Assembly (NCBI GenBank): GCA_951406725.2
Contig: OX597823.1
Span: 2,294,001-2,358,000 of the forward strand
DNA from: Octopus vulgaris
Lineage: Eukaryota
Direction: 5' to 3'
DNA length: 64,000 nucleotides
Below, in pieces: positions 1-16,205 of the stretch. Positions within the stretch are counted from its first letter, which is position 1. Each line of letters begins with the position of its first letter. Position numbers and translations under genes: made by a program. Below the pieces are notes generated by a model. It did no database searches, had not been told where the DNA came from, and worked only from the letters and a program-made list of their open reading frames with translations.

Positions 1-77
1 TAAATATGTCTGTATATAATGTATATGCATGTGTGTGTGTGTGCATATGTGTATTTCGTGGTATTTGAAATCACACG

Positions 78-111
<34 letters not shown>

Positions 112-150
112 CGTGTGTGTGTGTGTGTACGTATGTATGTATATATAGTC

Positions 151-181
<31 letters not shown>

Positions 182-409
182 CACACACACATATACACAG
201 TATATATATATATACGCGTGTGGGGGGAATTATCAACATACATTTGTATGGATATGTAGATATATGCACATGCATATACATTTATATATTTGTATATTTG
301 TGTGTGTATAAATTACATATATATATACATATATCTATGTATATGTTATGAATATGTATGTGTGTGTGTGTATGTATGTATGTACGTATGTACGTATATA
401 TACATATAC

Positions 410-818
410 TCTTACTCTCTTTACTCTTTTTCTTGTTTCAGTCATTTGACTGCGGCCATGCTGGAGCACCAACTTTGATCCAGCAACTCGACCCCAGGAC
501 TTATTCTTTGTAAGCCCAGTACTTATTCTATCGGTCTCTTTTGCCGAACCGCTAAGTGACGGGGACATAAACACACCAGCATCGGTTGTCAAGCGATGTT
601 GGGGGGACAAACACACACACACACACACAAACACATATGCACATATATATATATACATATATACGACGGGCTTCTTTCAGTTTCCGTCTACCAAATCCAC
701 TCACAAGGCCTTGGTCAGCCGGAGGCTATAGTAGAAGACATTTGCCCAAGGTGCCACGCAGAGGGATTGAACCCGGAACCATGTGGCTGGTAAGCAAGCT
801 ACTTATCACACAGCCACA
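410..818 (-). mobile_element. tRNA-derived SINE; family copies at ~16497-16910 +, ~17030-17515 -, ~25870-26200 -, ~44790-45130 +, ~60878-61265 +
   Basis: tRNA-like head with A box (TGGCTGTGTGGTAAG in the best copies) and B box (GGTTCAATCC), an internal microsatellite and a shared body and tail across many copies. Confidence 0.85.
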
Positions 819-824
819 TTAATC

Positions 825-2105
825 ACTCACTTTACGAGGAGCCACTTTACGAGGAGCCACTTTACGAGGAGCCACTTTACGAGAGCCTGGGTTTACGAGT
901 TTCATTTTTCAAGCACAAGCTCCAAATTTTGAACGAAGTGCAAAAGTCTCTACTACCTTAACAAATGCTTCTGCGTGTTTCCGAGAAATTTCTGGAGAAC
1001 GAAAAAAATACTTCTTCTAAGCAAACAACTCTAGACTTGTTTTTGAAAAAGACATCTACAAGTCCGTCTACGAGTGCTTGTGAATTGGCGATCACATCCA
1101 CAAATGATGGTGTGTGTGAGTCTAATGCGAGTGAAGGTGATTATAATAATCATATTTTTTATTATAAATGATCTTGACAGTCTTTTTTACTTTACATAAA
1201 ATTTTTATTTACATTCTCCTGTTGTTTTAATGCCATTTATTTACGAGTATTATGAATTTAATAGGTAAAATACCTATTTCTTTACTACCCACAAGGGGCT
1301 AAAAACAGAAAGAACAAACAAGGACAGACAAACGGATTAAGTCGATTATATCGACCCCAGCGCGTAGCTGGTACTTATTTAATCGACCCCAAAAGGATGA
1401 AAGGCAAAGCCGTCCTCGGCGGAATTTGAACTCAGAACGTAGCGGCAGACGAAATACCTATTTCTTTACTACCCACAAGGGGCTAAAAACAGAATGGACA
1501 AACAAGGACAGACAAACGGATTAAGTCGATTATATCAACCCCAGTACTCAACTGGTACTTAATTTATCGACCCCGAAAGGATGAAAGGCAAAGTCGACCT
1601 CGGCGGAATTTGAACTCAGAACGTAAAAACAGACTAAATACCAATTTCTTTACTACCCAGAAGGGGCTACACACAGAGGGAACAAACAAGAACAGACAAA
1701 CGGATTAAGTCGATTACATCGACCCCAGTGCGTAACTGGTACTTAATTTATCGACCCCGAAAGGATGAAAGGCAAAGTCGACCTCGGTGGAATTTGAACT
1801 CAGAACGTAACGGCAGACGAAATACGGCTACGCATTTCGCCCGGCGTACTAACGTTTCTGCCGCCCTAATAGGTAAAATACTGTGATTCTAATGCGTGCC
1901 TCTTACTTTTGACATTAGAATCACGATTATCGTTCTGAAGCTGTCTTTGTCTTCCACATGGTTCAACCTGCCAAAATTTTTCTGGGAATGAATTACGAGT
2001 TATATAACATTGCTACTATGGGAAATTACCGCTCTGCTTTACGTGTTTTCACTTTACGAGCGATCCGATCTCTGGGAACAAATTAACTCGTATATCAAGG
2101 CATTC

Positions 2106-2106
<1 letters not shown>
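825..2106 (+). mobile_element. Tigger/pogo-like DNA transposon relic interrupted by a SINE
   Basis: KQTTLDLFLKK is typical of a Tigger transposase C-terminus. Subterminal TTTACGAG repeats and a TIR-like ACTCGTATATCAAGGCATTCCT are present. Confidence 0.55.
1272..1866 (-). mobile_element. tRNA-derived SINE with internal ~185-bp triplication; family copies at ~10870-11106, ~18417-18568, ~19235-19392, ~30860-31075, ~44055-44270, ~55485-55695
   Basis: Three tandem units containing GCCTTTCATCCTTT(C)GGGGTCGAT (minus strand) and B box GAGTTCAAATTCC. Flanked by the direct repeat TAATAGGTAAAATAC (1260 and 1868). Confidence 0.85.
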
Positions 2107-2165
<59 letters not shown>

Positions 2166-2733
2166 AACATATGGTATAATTATAAACAGAGCAAATTTTA
2201 ACCCTTTTATCCGAAAAAATTATGAACAACTTTAATCGATCTTCGAACCTTATTGGATTGTCATCAGAGGCGTCTACATTATTCTGGCAGTCTCCAGAGA
2301 AACAAGCAGCCAAACTGTTTGTATACTTCACAAATGAAGCAATTACTCTATGAAGGAATCCATACTTTGCATACCGAAAGTCCTTAACACTCTATGTTGT
2401 ACATAGCAAAGTGATGATCAGAGATCTAGTGTTAAAGCTAAAACAGTGATATCTTCCTAATGCCATTCTAATTGTTCGATAACACGCGCAAAAAAGACTG
2501 TTGAATTCACTTTAAACGTTTCCTGGGTTTCCAATAAAACATCAGCGAATATTTGCAAGATCGCAAACACTTCACTAATGTTTCTACTGTAAAATTCAGG
2601 GCTCAAGATAGAGGAGAGTGATCGAAATTGGGGATTCCAAGCAATAATTCTCTCCAGAGCTCTGGTATGAAAGAATTCTCAAAGATTTCATTAAAAACTG
2701 CGCTGCACAAAGTCTATATATAATTATATCAAT

Positions 2734-2820
<87 letters not shown>

Positions 2821-2842
2821 GATAGATACATACATACATACA

Positions 2843-2904
<62 letters not shown>

Positions 2905-2959
2905 CCATACATACATACATACATACATACACACACATATATATATATGTATATATATA

Positions 2960-3000
<41 letters not shown>

Positions 3001-3004
3001 GGTT

Positions 3005-3160
3005 TTCTCTCTCGCTGTTTATTTCTGTGATCTTTCTGTCGAAGAGCGTAGGCTCGAAACGTAAAACACTTTCTCACATCCCAAGCGTTAAACTATACAT
3101 CTGTTTGTTGTTTACACACCCGTCTTCGTCTTATTTTGTTTCGTTTTTCTGTAAATTCCA
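3005..3160 (+). mobile_element. Short dispersed repeat with a minimal hammerhead-like motif; other copies at ~4325-4570 (-) and ~14460-14630 (-)
   Basis: All three copies share CTTT-CTGT(C/A)GAA-GAGC-gt(a/g)g-GCTC-GAAA-CG-TA-AAA (one copy lacks an A), and all sit in microsatellite context. Confidence 0.6.
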
Positions 3161-3265
3161 GCTATATATGTATGCATGCATGTATGTATGTATATGTATA
3201 TATATGTATAAATGTATACATATATGTATATATATATATTTATGTATATATATGTGTATATATAT

Positions 3266-4327
<1,062 letters not shown>

Positions 4328-4580
4328 AGAGTTTACGAAAAAAAACAAAAAAGACGAAGACAGGTGGTGTACATACGAACAGACAGATGTATTAGTACAA
4401 CGCTCAGGAATAGAAAAGTCTTTTACGTTCGAGCCTACGCTCTTCTACAGAAAGGGACACAGAAAAAACAAGGAGAGAAACAAGGAGAGAAACAAGGAAA
4501 GAAAAAAGGAAAGAAAAAAGGAAAGAGAAAAAGGAAAGAAAAAGGAAAGAAAAAATGTGTGTAGTGGCTAACGATGTATC

Positions 4581-5220
<640 letters not shown>

Positions 5221-5552
5221 CGACAGGCTCACAGCTTCCCCTTCACTTGCGTGTGAGCACACTCAGTGCTTGGACCGGTGTGTGGAATCTTCAAGCCTGT
5301 GTTCTTTCGCTCCTTTACACAGACTTTACTTCAATAAACGCACTCACACACGCACATATATATACACACACGAAATAAGTCCAGCAAATCTGTAATAGAC
5401 ACGTCAAGATCAAACATACACACATACATAAACAAATACAAACACCCACACATACACACAGATACCTATGAACTAACACAAACGCACATACACACACACA
5501 ACTGTATGCCCACTTATCAATACATTTTCTCACATACGCATACACACACATG

Positions 5553-5607
<55 letters not shown>

Positions 5608-5610
5608 ATA

Positions 5611-5662
<52 letters not shown>

Positions 5663-6316
5663 AGCTTACAGACAGACAGACTGACGCGCGCATATATACA
5701 CATACATACAAACAGGTGTGGGGGATGCAAAAGATAAAAGAGAGGTTAACACCCTCAAAGTCTTGACTCGAAGTCAATATTTAAAGCAAACTTTATTGCG
5801 AGGGCGTTTCTATCAAAATGTCACGACAGAAGCGGAAAGTTAAATGGAATTGCCGTTGCATGGGCTAGATCCAGCTAACCACCAGTTTACTTTGGCTTTA
5901 TGTTTTTATACAATATATTTATGTATTCATATATTTATTGTAATTCACAAATACCGAATAAAAATCAAAGATTTTATTAAACTTTTTTTTTTAGTTTTAT
6001 TCATCCATGAGTTTTCATACCGCTTTTTTCTTTTCCTTCTGCGCATCCATAAACTGAATGAGGTGGTTTTACGCCTCCAGTACTAAAGAGCCCAAATTAT
6101 ACTCTTCCGTTCAGCCATATCCGATGATTGTTAATTAAGGCTTTCCTCGCTTGGACGAACCTTCCACATGAAACTGCTCGGCAACATGAATTGACTCCGA
6201 TGAAACTAAATCTGTAATACTGTATAAAATATTATAGGCCTGTGTAAATGTCAGTGTATGTTTGCGTGTGTATATATATATATATATATGTATCTGTCTT
6301 TCTATTTATCTATCCA

Positions 6317-6386
<70 letters not shown>

Positions 6387-6670
6387 TCTCTCTCTTCTGT
6401 GTGTGTGTGTGTGTGTGTGAGCGTACGTGCGTGTGTGAAGAGGCGCGTGGCTTTCTGGTTAAGAGCGTTGCACTCGTGATCGTAAGATTGTAGTTTCGAT
6501 TCCTGGACTGCTGGACGTGTCGTGTTCTTGCGCAAAACACTTCTTCACCCGTCGAAAAGAGTAATCCGGCAACGGACCAGCGTCCTGCTCAGGGTGAGAA
6601 GGATATACATACCACGGAATCCAGGAAATCGCCCTTGTGAACCTTGGACAAGGGATCGACTTTTGATTTT

Positions 6671-6706
<36 letters not shown>

Positions 6707-7478
6707 ATTTTTTGATTTTTGATTTTTCCAGTTTCAGCTAATGAGCTGTGGCCATGCTGGGGCACCGCCATTTATATATATATATAAAGGAATGCAAAAA
6801 ATGGGACAAGAACGCAAAAACATCCAGACACTTACAAAAAAAGGGACAAGAAAAAACAGAGACGGGTCATTCTGAGTTTTCTTTCCTCAGTCGAGTTCCA
6901 GATTATCCTTCCAATTTCGGCTGGTTATACTCGAGATTGCTCCAATCTGACCAGCCCAACGAAAAACTAAACTAAGAGCACTAGATTCCTTGAGAAAAAG
7001 CAGCGAATGTATACGAAAACAAGGACGGGAAAAAACGGAGAAATGGTACACAAATACAAATGCAAATAACAGGACATAACAACAGGTGTCTTTCGACTAA
7101 GGATGAATTAAATTAAGCTGGCGTGTGTAGAAGTAAAGCCTTACGGCAGGGACATATGAGATGACAGGCATGGGGAGGAATATAGATATTATACTGACTT
7201 TAAAATGAGTGCCCTTTGTATATAAGGAGCGGAAGTATTGCCTATCAATGTTTATCAATATTGGATTCCATTCTAAAGACAATACTTTTCCCAAACGATC
7301 GTAAGATGTGTTAAATACTTAACTTTTAAACTATTGAATTTTAAACTGTCATATTTTACATATTTATACATATTCACATATATTTATATTTATGTTTTTT
7401 AATACAAAATTATTTTACACAAATATTTCTCTGTGAAGACTTTTCTTACAATGATTTCCTGCTATTATTTCGCAATAT

Positions 7479-7551
<73 letters not shown>

Positions 7552-8084
7552 CCTGAACCGTCCCGTCGTTAGATTTTACCTGTACAGGTGCAACTGAGTG
7601 CCACATGTCAGATGTTGGAAAGATCGCAGAGCAACGAGAAATGAAGTGTTTTGCTGAAGAACACAACGCACCACCCGCTCTGAGAATCGAAACCACACAT
7701 TCTTGAGTGCAACACTAAGACATGTGCCTTCATAGCACACACACACACGCACACATATTTATATATACATGCATGCGCGCAGGCAAACAGACACACAAAC
7801 ACACAGACATGCACATACACACACATATATGCAGATGGATGGATGGATGGATGGATGGATGGATAGGTGGATGGGTGGATAGATGGGTGGATTGATGGGT
7901 GGATGGGTAGATAGATAAGCATACCGACACCCGTTCATCAGAGAAACTTGATGGAGAGGTGTTAGTTTAGTCGCTAACGATCCCAAACTTGCAAAAGATT
8001 AGACTGGGTCACATGTCACCAGCAACGCTCACGAGTGGTTTCCACACACATACACATATACATACATGCACAACTATATCAACC

Positions 8085-8191
<107 letters not shown>

Positions 8192-8224
8192 TTATATATA
8201 TATATATATTATATATATACACAC

Positions 8225-8285
<61 letters not shown>

Positions 8286-8301
8286 GTATATATATATATA
8301 T

Positions 8302-8419
<118 letters not shown>

Positions 8420-8873
8420 ACATTATATACACGGTCGCTCACACACGCCTTCACACATACACACACACACGCACACAGACCCGCACAAATACACTCGTTG
8501 ATACACACACACAAAACACACAAACACATACAAAACACACACACACACACACGCACGCACACATATACACACACACAACACACACACACACAACACACAC
8601 ACATACACGCACACACACACACACACACGTCAATCTGGAACATGACAGAACAAGTAACCAATTCCCAGTCATTTCAAATGAAATTAGTTTCCATGGATTT
8701 TATTTAATCTAGGTGATGAGTTCGTGCCGCTTGGAGAATTGTTTAGGTGTGTTGGGCAGGGTTGGATTGGGTGAAGGACTTATAGGAATGCAATACAGAC
8801 ACATACACCTCATATGATACATATACACTCTGTATCAATGTATATAGGTTTTTATGACTTCATTTACGTTTGT

Positions 8874-8904
<31 letters not shown>

Positions 8905-9064
8905 TACACACACACGCAGACACACACACCCATGCATATGAATATATATGTATATGTGTGTGTGTATTCTTTAACATGTTTCAGTCACTTGACTGCAGCC
9001 ATGCTGGAGCACCACCTTAAAGGGTTTTTAGTCGAACAAATCGACGGCAGGACTTATTCTGTTG

Positions 9065-9985
9065 GGCTCTAACCCCTAAAGCATCAGACATTTACCGCTA
9101 AACTTCACTGTTTTCGTCGTGTAACGTGGGTCGTTTCGCTTTCCTGGAGGCCTTCTGACAAATTCTCGCTTATTAGAAAGCGAAACGACCCACGTCACAC
9201 GACGAAAACAATGAAGTTTGGGGGTAAGAGTCTGATGCTTTGGGGATACATAAAAAGTGAGGGTTCAAGAAAGTTGGTTAAAATTGGCAGTACCTTGAAT
9301 AGTGCCAAAATACATGCAGTTGCCGAAGGACAATTTGATACCAGACTTGGATGAAGGTGAGATTTTTCAGCACGACGGAGCTCCATGCTATAGATTGCAT
9401 GCAACACAACAGAGCCTGGCTGATGAAGGTGTTACTGTACTGAAAGATTGGCCATCCCAGAGCCCTGACTTAAATATCATCGAGTAAATGTGGACAGAAC
9501 TAAAGAGAAGAGTTCATCAGAAGAATCTATGGAATCTTGATGAGCTGTTGGAGCTCAACCACAGAGAATGGTATCTCATACCTGTGGAGGTGGTGAAGGA
9601 TTTGTACGTATCTCTTCCCAGGTACATTGAAGCAATTATTCAAGCTAAGGGATGCCACACAAAATATTAACAATGTACAATAACTTCTTGAAATGAACAT
9701 TATGTAATAAATTTTCATTATAGACATTTTTCTGTTTTAAAACACTATCTTGATTGGTTTATGTGAGGTGGCTGAAAACTTTTGCACGGCCATTTTTAGT
9801 GTTGGCCACGCTTCTTCTCATCTCATTCAGAACTCCAACTACAAAATATAAGGATTAGGTTTGGAAATGACTCCAACAGGGCCAATGTTTCATCTGTAAA
9901 AACGCAATGCAAAACATCCACTTATAAGTTGGCAATTAGTAGAAATTTACAAGAGTTTAAATGGCCGAAGACTTTTGCACGGTTC

Positions 9986-9987
<2 letters not shown>
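9065..9987 (+). mobile_element. Tc1-family transposon 3' part, DD35E spacing, IR/DR-type right end
   Basis: KFGGKSLMLWG, FQHDGAPC...WPSQSPDLNIIE and AKGCHTKY*. The direct repeat TGGC(T/C)GAA(A/G)ACTTTTGCACGG occurs at ~9768 and ~9962. Contains a stop and a frameshift. Confidence 0.9.
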
Positions 9988-10058
<71 letters not shown>

Positions 10059-12350
10059 AAACAATTATGCTTTTTTATTTAAAAGTGTTTCGCTTTCTCT
10101 CTTTCTTATTTCACTTCACACTTCCACCACCCTCCCTCACCCACCCTTTCTCCTTCGTCTTTCAGAGTTTAAAGCCAAACAGCTCCGATGTCACGTCTAC
10201 TTTGTCTTTAGATTTGTGTCGGTTTCTACAAAGAAACGCCGTAGTTAATTTAACATTACGCACCTGCCATATGACGTCTCATGCTTGTCATGTGATCACA
10301 CACACACACAAACGCACTCACGTACACACAGTCACAGACACATACAAGTACTGTACTGAGTCGCATATGTTTCTGTACGAATTCATCATGATGCCAGCCT
10401 CCATGTCATGTTTCGTTATACATGTTTCGTTATACATGTGACGTTATACATGTGACGCCATAGATATGAGGTCACACGAAGTGAAGTATATGGATAATCC
10501 GTCGATTCCAGTTGTTCTATGAATTAAACTGTTTGAATTAGCGATTAACTGGTTGAGTAAACTACATACATGTGCACCCTCAACTTAATAATTCCCAGGT
10601 GGGGTCGGTGAGTGACAAGGTTGGCCTTTTGAATTACAGGTTAAGTGCAAGCGATGGGCTTCCGCACAACTCCGTCCCCGACCCCAGGGATTTAGCTAAA
10701 ACACGAGCTCAGTTATTCTTCACAGTGGAATTGAAACGGAGACTTTAAGTGAACTTCTTAACCCCTCGCTCAAAACGCACGCATGCTCAGTGATGTTGTG
10801 TCGCTTCATACTGATACATATTTACCCACGTGAAGTCAAGTTAGCGATGTAATACAGTGTTGTTTTATACCTGTTTCTTTATTACCCACAAGGGGCTAAG
10901 CATAGAAGGGACAAACAAGGACAGACAAGCGGATTAAGTCGATTACATCGACCCCAGTGCATAACTGGTACTTAATTTATCGACCCCGAAAGGATGAAAG
11001 GCAAAGTCGACCACGGTGGAATTTGAACTCAGAATGTAAAGACAGACGAAATACTGCTAAGCATTTCGCCCGGCGAGCTAACCACTCTGCCAGCCCCTCG
11101 CCGCCTTGTCTTGTTATATACCTCTAGAATGCTGTCACATATCCGTCATGCGATGCCACTCACATTTACTGTATGACATCACACGCATACACTTACATCG
11201 CAATGTCATATACCTACACTCACGTAACACTGACCTGTTACGTCAAACACGCACACACTCACCACTACACACAAGCAACTGGGATGTGACTTCGCCCATT
11301 TCATACGTCTTTGATAGAATGATACAATGATAACTATCATGCTGACATCACGCAATTATGTGACGTCACACATCAACACTTGCGCACGCACGCACACACG
11401 CGTGTGTGACATCATTGCAAGCCACGAGAAAATCCTTTACCTGGTCTCATATCAAACGCCACTATTTTAGAAATGAATAAGGAAATTCTAGAAACCCAGT
11501 GTCTTGAATAAAAGGCAGGATAGTCACGGCTGGAATGCAGTTGATCATAAGGCTGCCAGCTTGAATAGAAATGACCTGTACTGAAAGTCAAAAATCAATA
11601 TATCGATGCTATTTACCATTGTTATGGTCCGTGGCTATGGTCATTCCTGGTTGACTGGTTCCCAAATAGTTAGGAAAAAGAACATCCCACGTAATAATAG
11701 CTTAGTCCATCATTGACTCAGGTCCTCCAAACCAAGACCAGAAGGTTGCCTTCAAAACGTGTATCCATAATTTTTTTTTAATCATTTAAATTTTAACACA
11801 AGTCTAATTGCGGCAAAACAACTGCCTCCGACTCTCACTGACATACATACTTTTGACATCGTATGAGCTCACTCAATGAAATTAGCATTTCTACATTATC
11901 ATCATATCCTTTTATCTTCTATTTTATAGATTCTCATTTTTTCCATTAATTATTATTTAGATTATAAGACTATAATTAATCGAACACCCTTTCAGTCACA
12001 ACACTTTTCCTATTTATTGAACACCTCTAAGCCTTTTCTTCTCACTGTTATGGAGTTATACAGTGGGTATTAATATATATATGTGTCATATCATGGTTTC
12101 GGTTCCCAGACCTGACGACGTGTTGTGTTCTTGAGAAAGATATTTCATTTCATATTGCTTCAGTTCACCCAACAGTAAAATTGTAAACGGATAACCCTTT
12201 GACAGACTAGCTTTATGATTAGGGGTAATGTTAGCAAGGTCACCGAGCCAGCAGGGTGGCATCAGACAAATGCTAAAACGATGCAAAACGCATTGTCGCC
12301 AGCGATGTATAAAAACATCCAATAGTCTGATCGATACCATGATATCAAAT

Positions 12351-12474
<124 letters not shown>

Positions 12475-12583
12475 GCATACATACATATATATATATATAT
12501 CATACATATATATGTATATATATATATATACACACATGCATACATACATATATATATATATATCATACATATATATGTATATA

Positions 12584-12663
<80 letters not shown>

Positions 12664-12665
<2 letters not shown>

Positions 12666-12997
12666 GGCACATGGCTCAATGGTTAGAGCGTCGGGTTCAC
12701 AATCATGAGGTTGTGAGTTCGATTCCCGCACCGGGCTGTGTGCTGTGTTTTTGAGCAAGACACTTTATTTCACCTTGCTTCCGTTTACTCAACTGTAGAA
12801 ATGAGTCGTGATATCACTAGTGCCAAACTGTATCGGCCCCTTTGCTCTTGCCTCGGATAACATCAGTGGCGTGGAGAGTTGGGGCTGGTATGCATGGCCG
12901 ACTGCTGGTCTTCCATAAACAACCATACCTGGACTTGTGCCTCGGAGGATAACTTTCTAAACGCAATCCTACGGTCATTTATGACCGAACAGGGGTC

Positions 12998-13000
<3 letters not shown>
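12664..13000 (+). mobile_element. tRNA-derived SINE (third family; related decayed copies at ~6441, ~7590-7730, ~55060)
   Basis: tRNA-like head TGGCTCAATGGTTAGAGC...GAGTTCGATTCCC followed by TTGAGCAAGACACTTTA. Confidence 0.75.
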
Positions 13001-13057
<57 letters not shown>

Positions 13058-13677
13058 TCACATATATATGTATATAAATTTATTTTTTGGTGTGTGTTTG
13101 CATGTATGTATATGTGTATACACACGTGACGTGCCAGCCCAATTCACGAAGCACAATCTCTTCCTCTCACTACTCCTTTCAGTATATGTTTGAAACACTG
13201 GAATGTGCATCTATACACTTGTATCTGCTTGTGTGCATGATTTGTTTAGTATATTTATGTGTGTGCGTGTGTGAGTGTGTGAGTGTGCACACGTGTTCGT
13301 GAGCATGTGTCTGCACGTTTCTGGTTGTGTACAGGTTTAATGTTTGAAACGGTCCCCTCCAAACCAACAAAAGGACTAAACCAACACAGATGGCGTTTTA
13401 TCTCTCACTTTTGCATGCATTGCAGGTAGCAGCAGCAGCAGCAGCAGCAGCAGCGTCAATTTGTCTTTTGCTTTCATAAAAGAAAAAGGAAATCAAGCGA
13501 ACAAACAAAATTCCATCCTGACAAATTATTAGAACAACTCCAGCTAAACAAGCCGACGACGACGACACAGTGTTAATATTTAGAAATGCTTCTTTCTTTT
13601 TTCGTTCCGTAGACAATACACACACACACAAACACACACACAAATATATATACATACACACACAAATATATATACAT

Positions 13678-13750
<73 letters not shown>

Positions 13751-13865
13751 TGCAAATACGCAAGGGTATGGCTATGTGGTTAAGAAGTTTGCTTCGCAAC
13801 TAAATTGTTTCGAGATCATTCCCACTGTGCAGTACCTTAGAAAGTGTGTTCCACAACAGCTCCAC

Positions 13866-13933
<68 letters not shown>

Positions 13934-14047
13934 GCAATAAAGATTCAAGTTAATTTAAATGAATTTACTTGAATATGGTACCTAACTTAGATGCACCAAA
14001 AAAAAAACTATACTGATTTAACAATACAGTAATGTGGGGTGATTATA

Positions 14048-14417
14048 AGCGAGAATCAAGCAACAAGAATGGATAGGTTTTTAGTACAATCGTTTCATAC
14101 AAGGACAGGTTTTATTAAAAGTTGCAAAAATTACAGCATATAAACGTGTCCCGTACTCATCAGCTAAAATACATGTGAGTTCTCTAGACATCCTAGTGGT
14201 TGAGGCTATACTCATGAAGTAATGTAGATAATTTAGATAATTATCTACATTACTTCATGAGTATAGCCTCAACCACTAGGATGTCTAGAGAACTCACATG
14301 TATTTTAGCTGATGAGTATCACGTTTATATGCTGTAATTTTTAAACTTTTAATAAAACCTGTCCTTGTATGAAACTGATTGTACTAAAACCTATCCATTC
14401 TTGTTGCTTCATTCTCG

Positions 14418-14419
<2 letters not shown>
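14048..14419. repeat. ~185-bp-arm palindrome of a Penelope-like terminal repeat, with a hammerhead in each arm
   Basis: Arms 14048-14232 and 14240-14419 with a 7-bp spacer. CTGATGA...GAAA...GTA cores at 14079-14169 (-) and 14303-14389 (+). Confidence 0.85.
14079..14169 (-). ncRNA. Type I hammerhead ribozyme, canonical core, extended stem II
   Basis: UUUUAG-CUGAUGA-GUACGGGACAC...UGUCCUUGUAU-GAAA-CGAUUG-UA^-CUAAAA. Stem I is UUUUAG/CUAAAA; stem III is the near-palindrome ACGAUUGU. Confidence 0.75.
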
Positions 14420-14461
<42 letters not shown>

Positions 14462-14631
14462 GGGAGAGTTCACGAAAAAAAAAAAAAGACGAAGACAGGT
14501 GGTGTAGAAAATAAACAGATGTATTAGTATAACGCTCAGGAATAGAAAAAGTCTTTTACGTTTCGAGCCCACGCTCTTCTACAGAAAGGGACACAGAAAA
14601 ACACAAGGAGAGAAAAAAAAGTGTGTAGTGG

Positions 14632-14701
<70 letters not shown>

Positions 14702-14759
14702 GTGTGTTCTCTTTCTCTTTTTTTTTAAATAAATTTTTACCGGTCGCCTTCTTGATACC

Positions 14760-15290
14760 AAGATCGTAAAGGAAACTATCGGTCATCGTTTAAATCTTAA
14801 AAAGGTCGAGCAAATTTTTTTCTTATCCCAGATGTCGCGATCATTTGTAATGGATTTGCATTCTCTCCCAAGATACCAAGTTCAGTTGCTTTTTGCTCCA
14901 GATGGGTTCGTATGTATCCTGTTGCTCCACTAATAGTGGGTATGAAGCTGAAAGTGTATTTTGGGTCTTGGATTTGCAAACTCCTTATCAATGGTCTATA
15001 GATGTCCCCTTTCTCTTGTATTCATCTAAACACATTTGTGTCCACAGCAGAACATGTCATTTTTGGGTGTCCCACAAAATGATATCTGGCCGGTTGTGTT
15101 TAACTTTGTAGCTGTTTTAATTTTCAAGATCCACCAATATTCTTTTGACCCATCGATATGGTCAGCTTCGTTTATAGATATTCTGTTTTGTTATCCTGCT
15201 CCAGACTGTTCTGGCCACCTTAACATCTCTCATACGATGATAATGCTAGCTCCAGCATGAAGGATATCGTGGTCACTTGGCAGAAACGGC
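14760..15290 (-). mobile_element. Decayed 3' fragment of an RLE-type (R4/Dong/R2-like) non-LTR retrotransposon
   Basis: Frameshifted translation HNRPDIILWD...YRPLIRSLQ...FIPTISGATGYI matches a restriction-like endonuclease domain. Confidence 0.7.
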
Positions 15291-15857
15291 CGTAAGGAAC
15301 TGAACTTTTACTCTTTTATGCGTTACTCTTACTATTATTACTAGTGTATATTTGTGTAGCACACAGTCTTTGCATGTGTATCTATTCTTATAATACTCCC
15401 TTTTGTTCTGGATTAAATAGACATAACAGAATGCCAACCAGCTGATTCGTGTCATTTTTGTATCCTCTCCATTTTCTTTTTGTTGAATAAATTAAGAGTC
15501 AACCACTTTTTACCCCCGCCCATACATGACACTCGATTGCGAAATTGCTACGCAAGAATCAGCACTTGGATATGAATAATTGGGTACACTACCAGCAGTA
15601 TATTGGATAGGTACTACCTTTTAGTTAGTTGGTTGGCTTCCCAACCTATAACTCTCACGGAAATAAATAAATAAATAAATATATAAATATATAAAGAATA
15701 ATCAGCCGAAATTGCGAGGATAATCTGGTTCTTGACTGAAGAAAGAAAACTTCGAATGACCCGTCCTTGTTTTCTTTGTATCGTCTATCTGGATGTTTTG
15801 TTGTCCCTTTTTGTATCACCTAGCTGTCCGGATGTTTTGAGTTCTTGTCCTATTTTG

Positions 15858-15921
<64 letters not shown>

Positions 15922-16097
15922 TGCTCAATTTACAATCCAGAGGAACAGTTACGAGGTCACCAAATGTCACATAAGCGCCCAAGGAATTAGTAATCACACT
16001 TACGTGGGTGTTGATTCCGTGGAAAAGTGAGACGTGTTTTGGAGAACATAAGAATAATGGAAAACGGGGACAAACGCTCAAGATGCTATTAAATCCT

Positions 16098-16205
<108 letters not shown>

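Noticed and set aside
828-900. CRISPR-like repeats (CACTTTACGAGGAGC x3-4), likewise the 63345-64000 array
   Set aside because: Head-to-tail tandem repeats with no unique spacers, no cas genes and a eukaryotic context.
2235-2272. CTGATGA core on the minus strand (also at 9420 and 41338 on the plus strand)
   Set aside because: No coherent stem I, II and III; two of the hits lie inside transposon coding remnants.
12668-12735. tRNA gene
   Set aside because: A and B boxes are present, but the acceptor stem is imperfect and the sequence continues into a SINE body seen elsewhere in the window.
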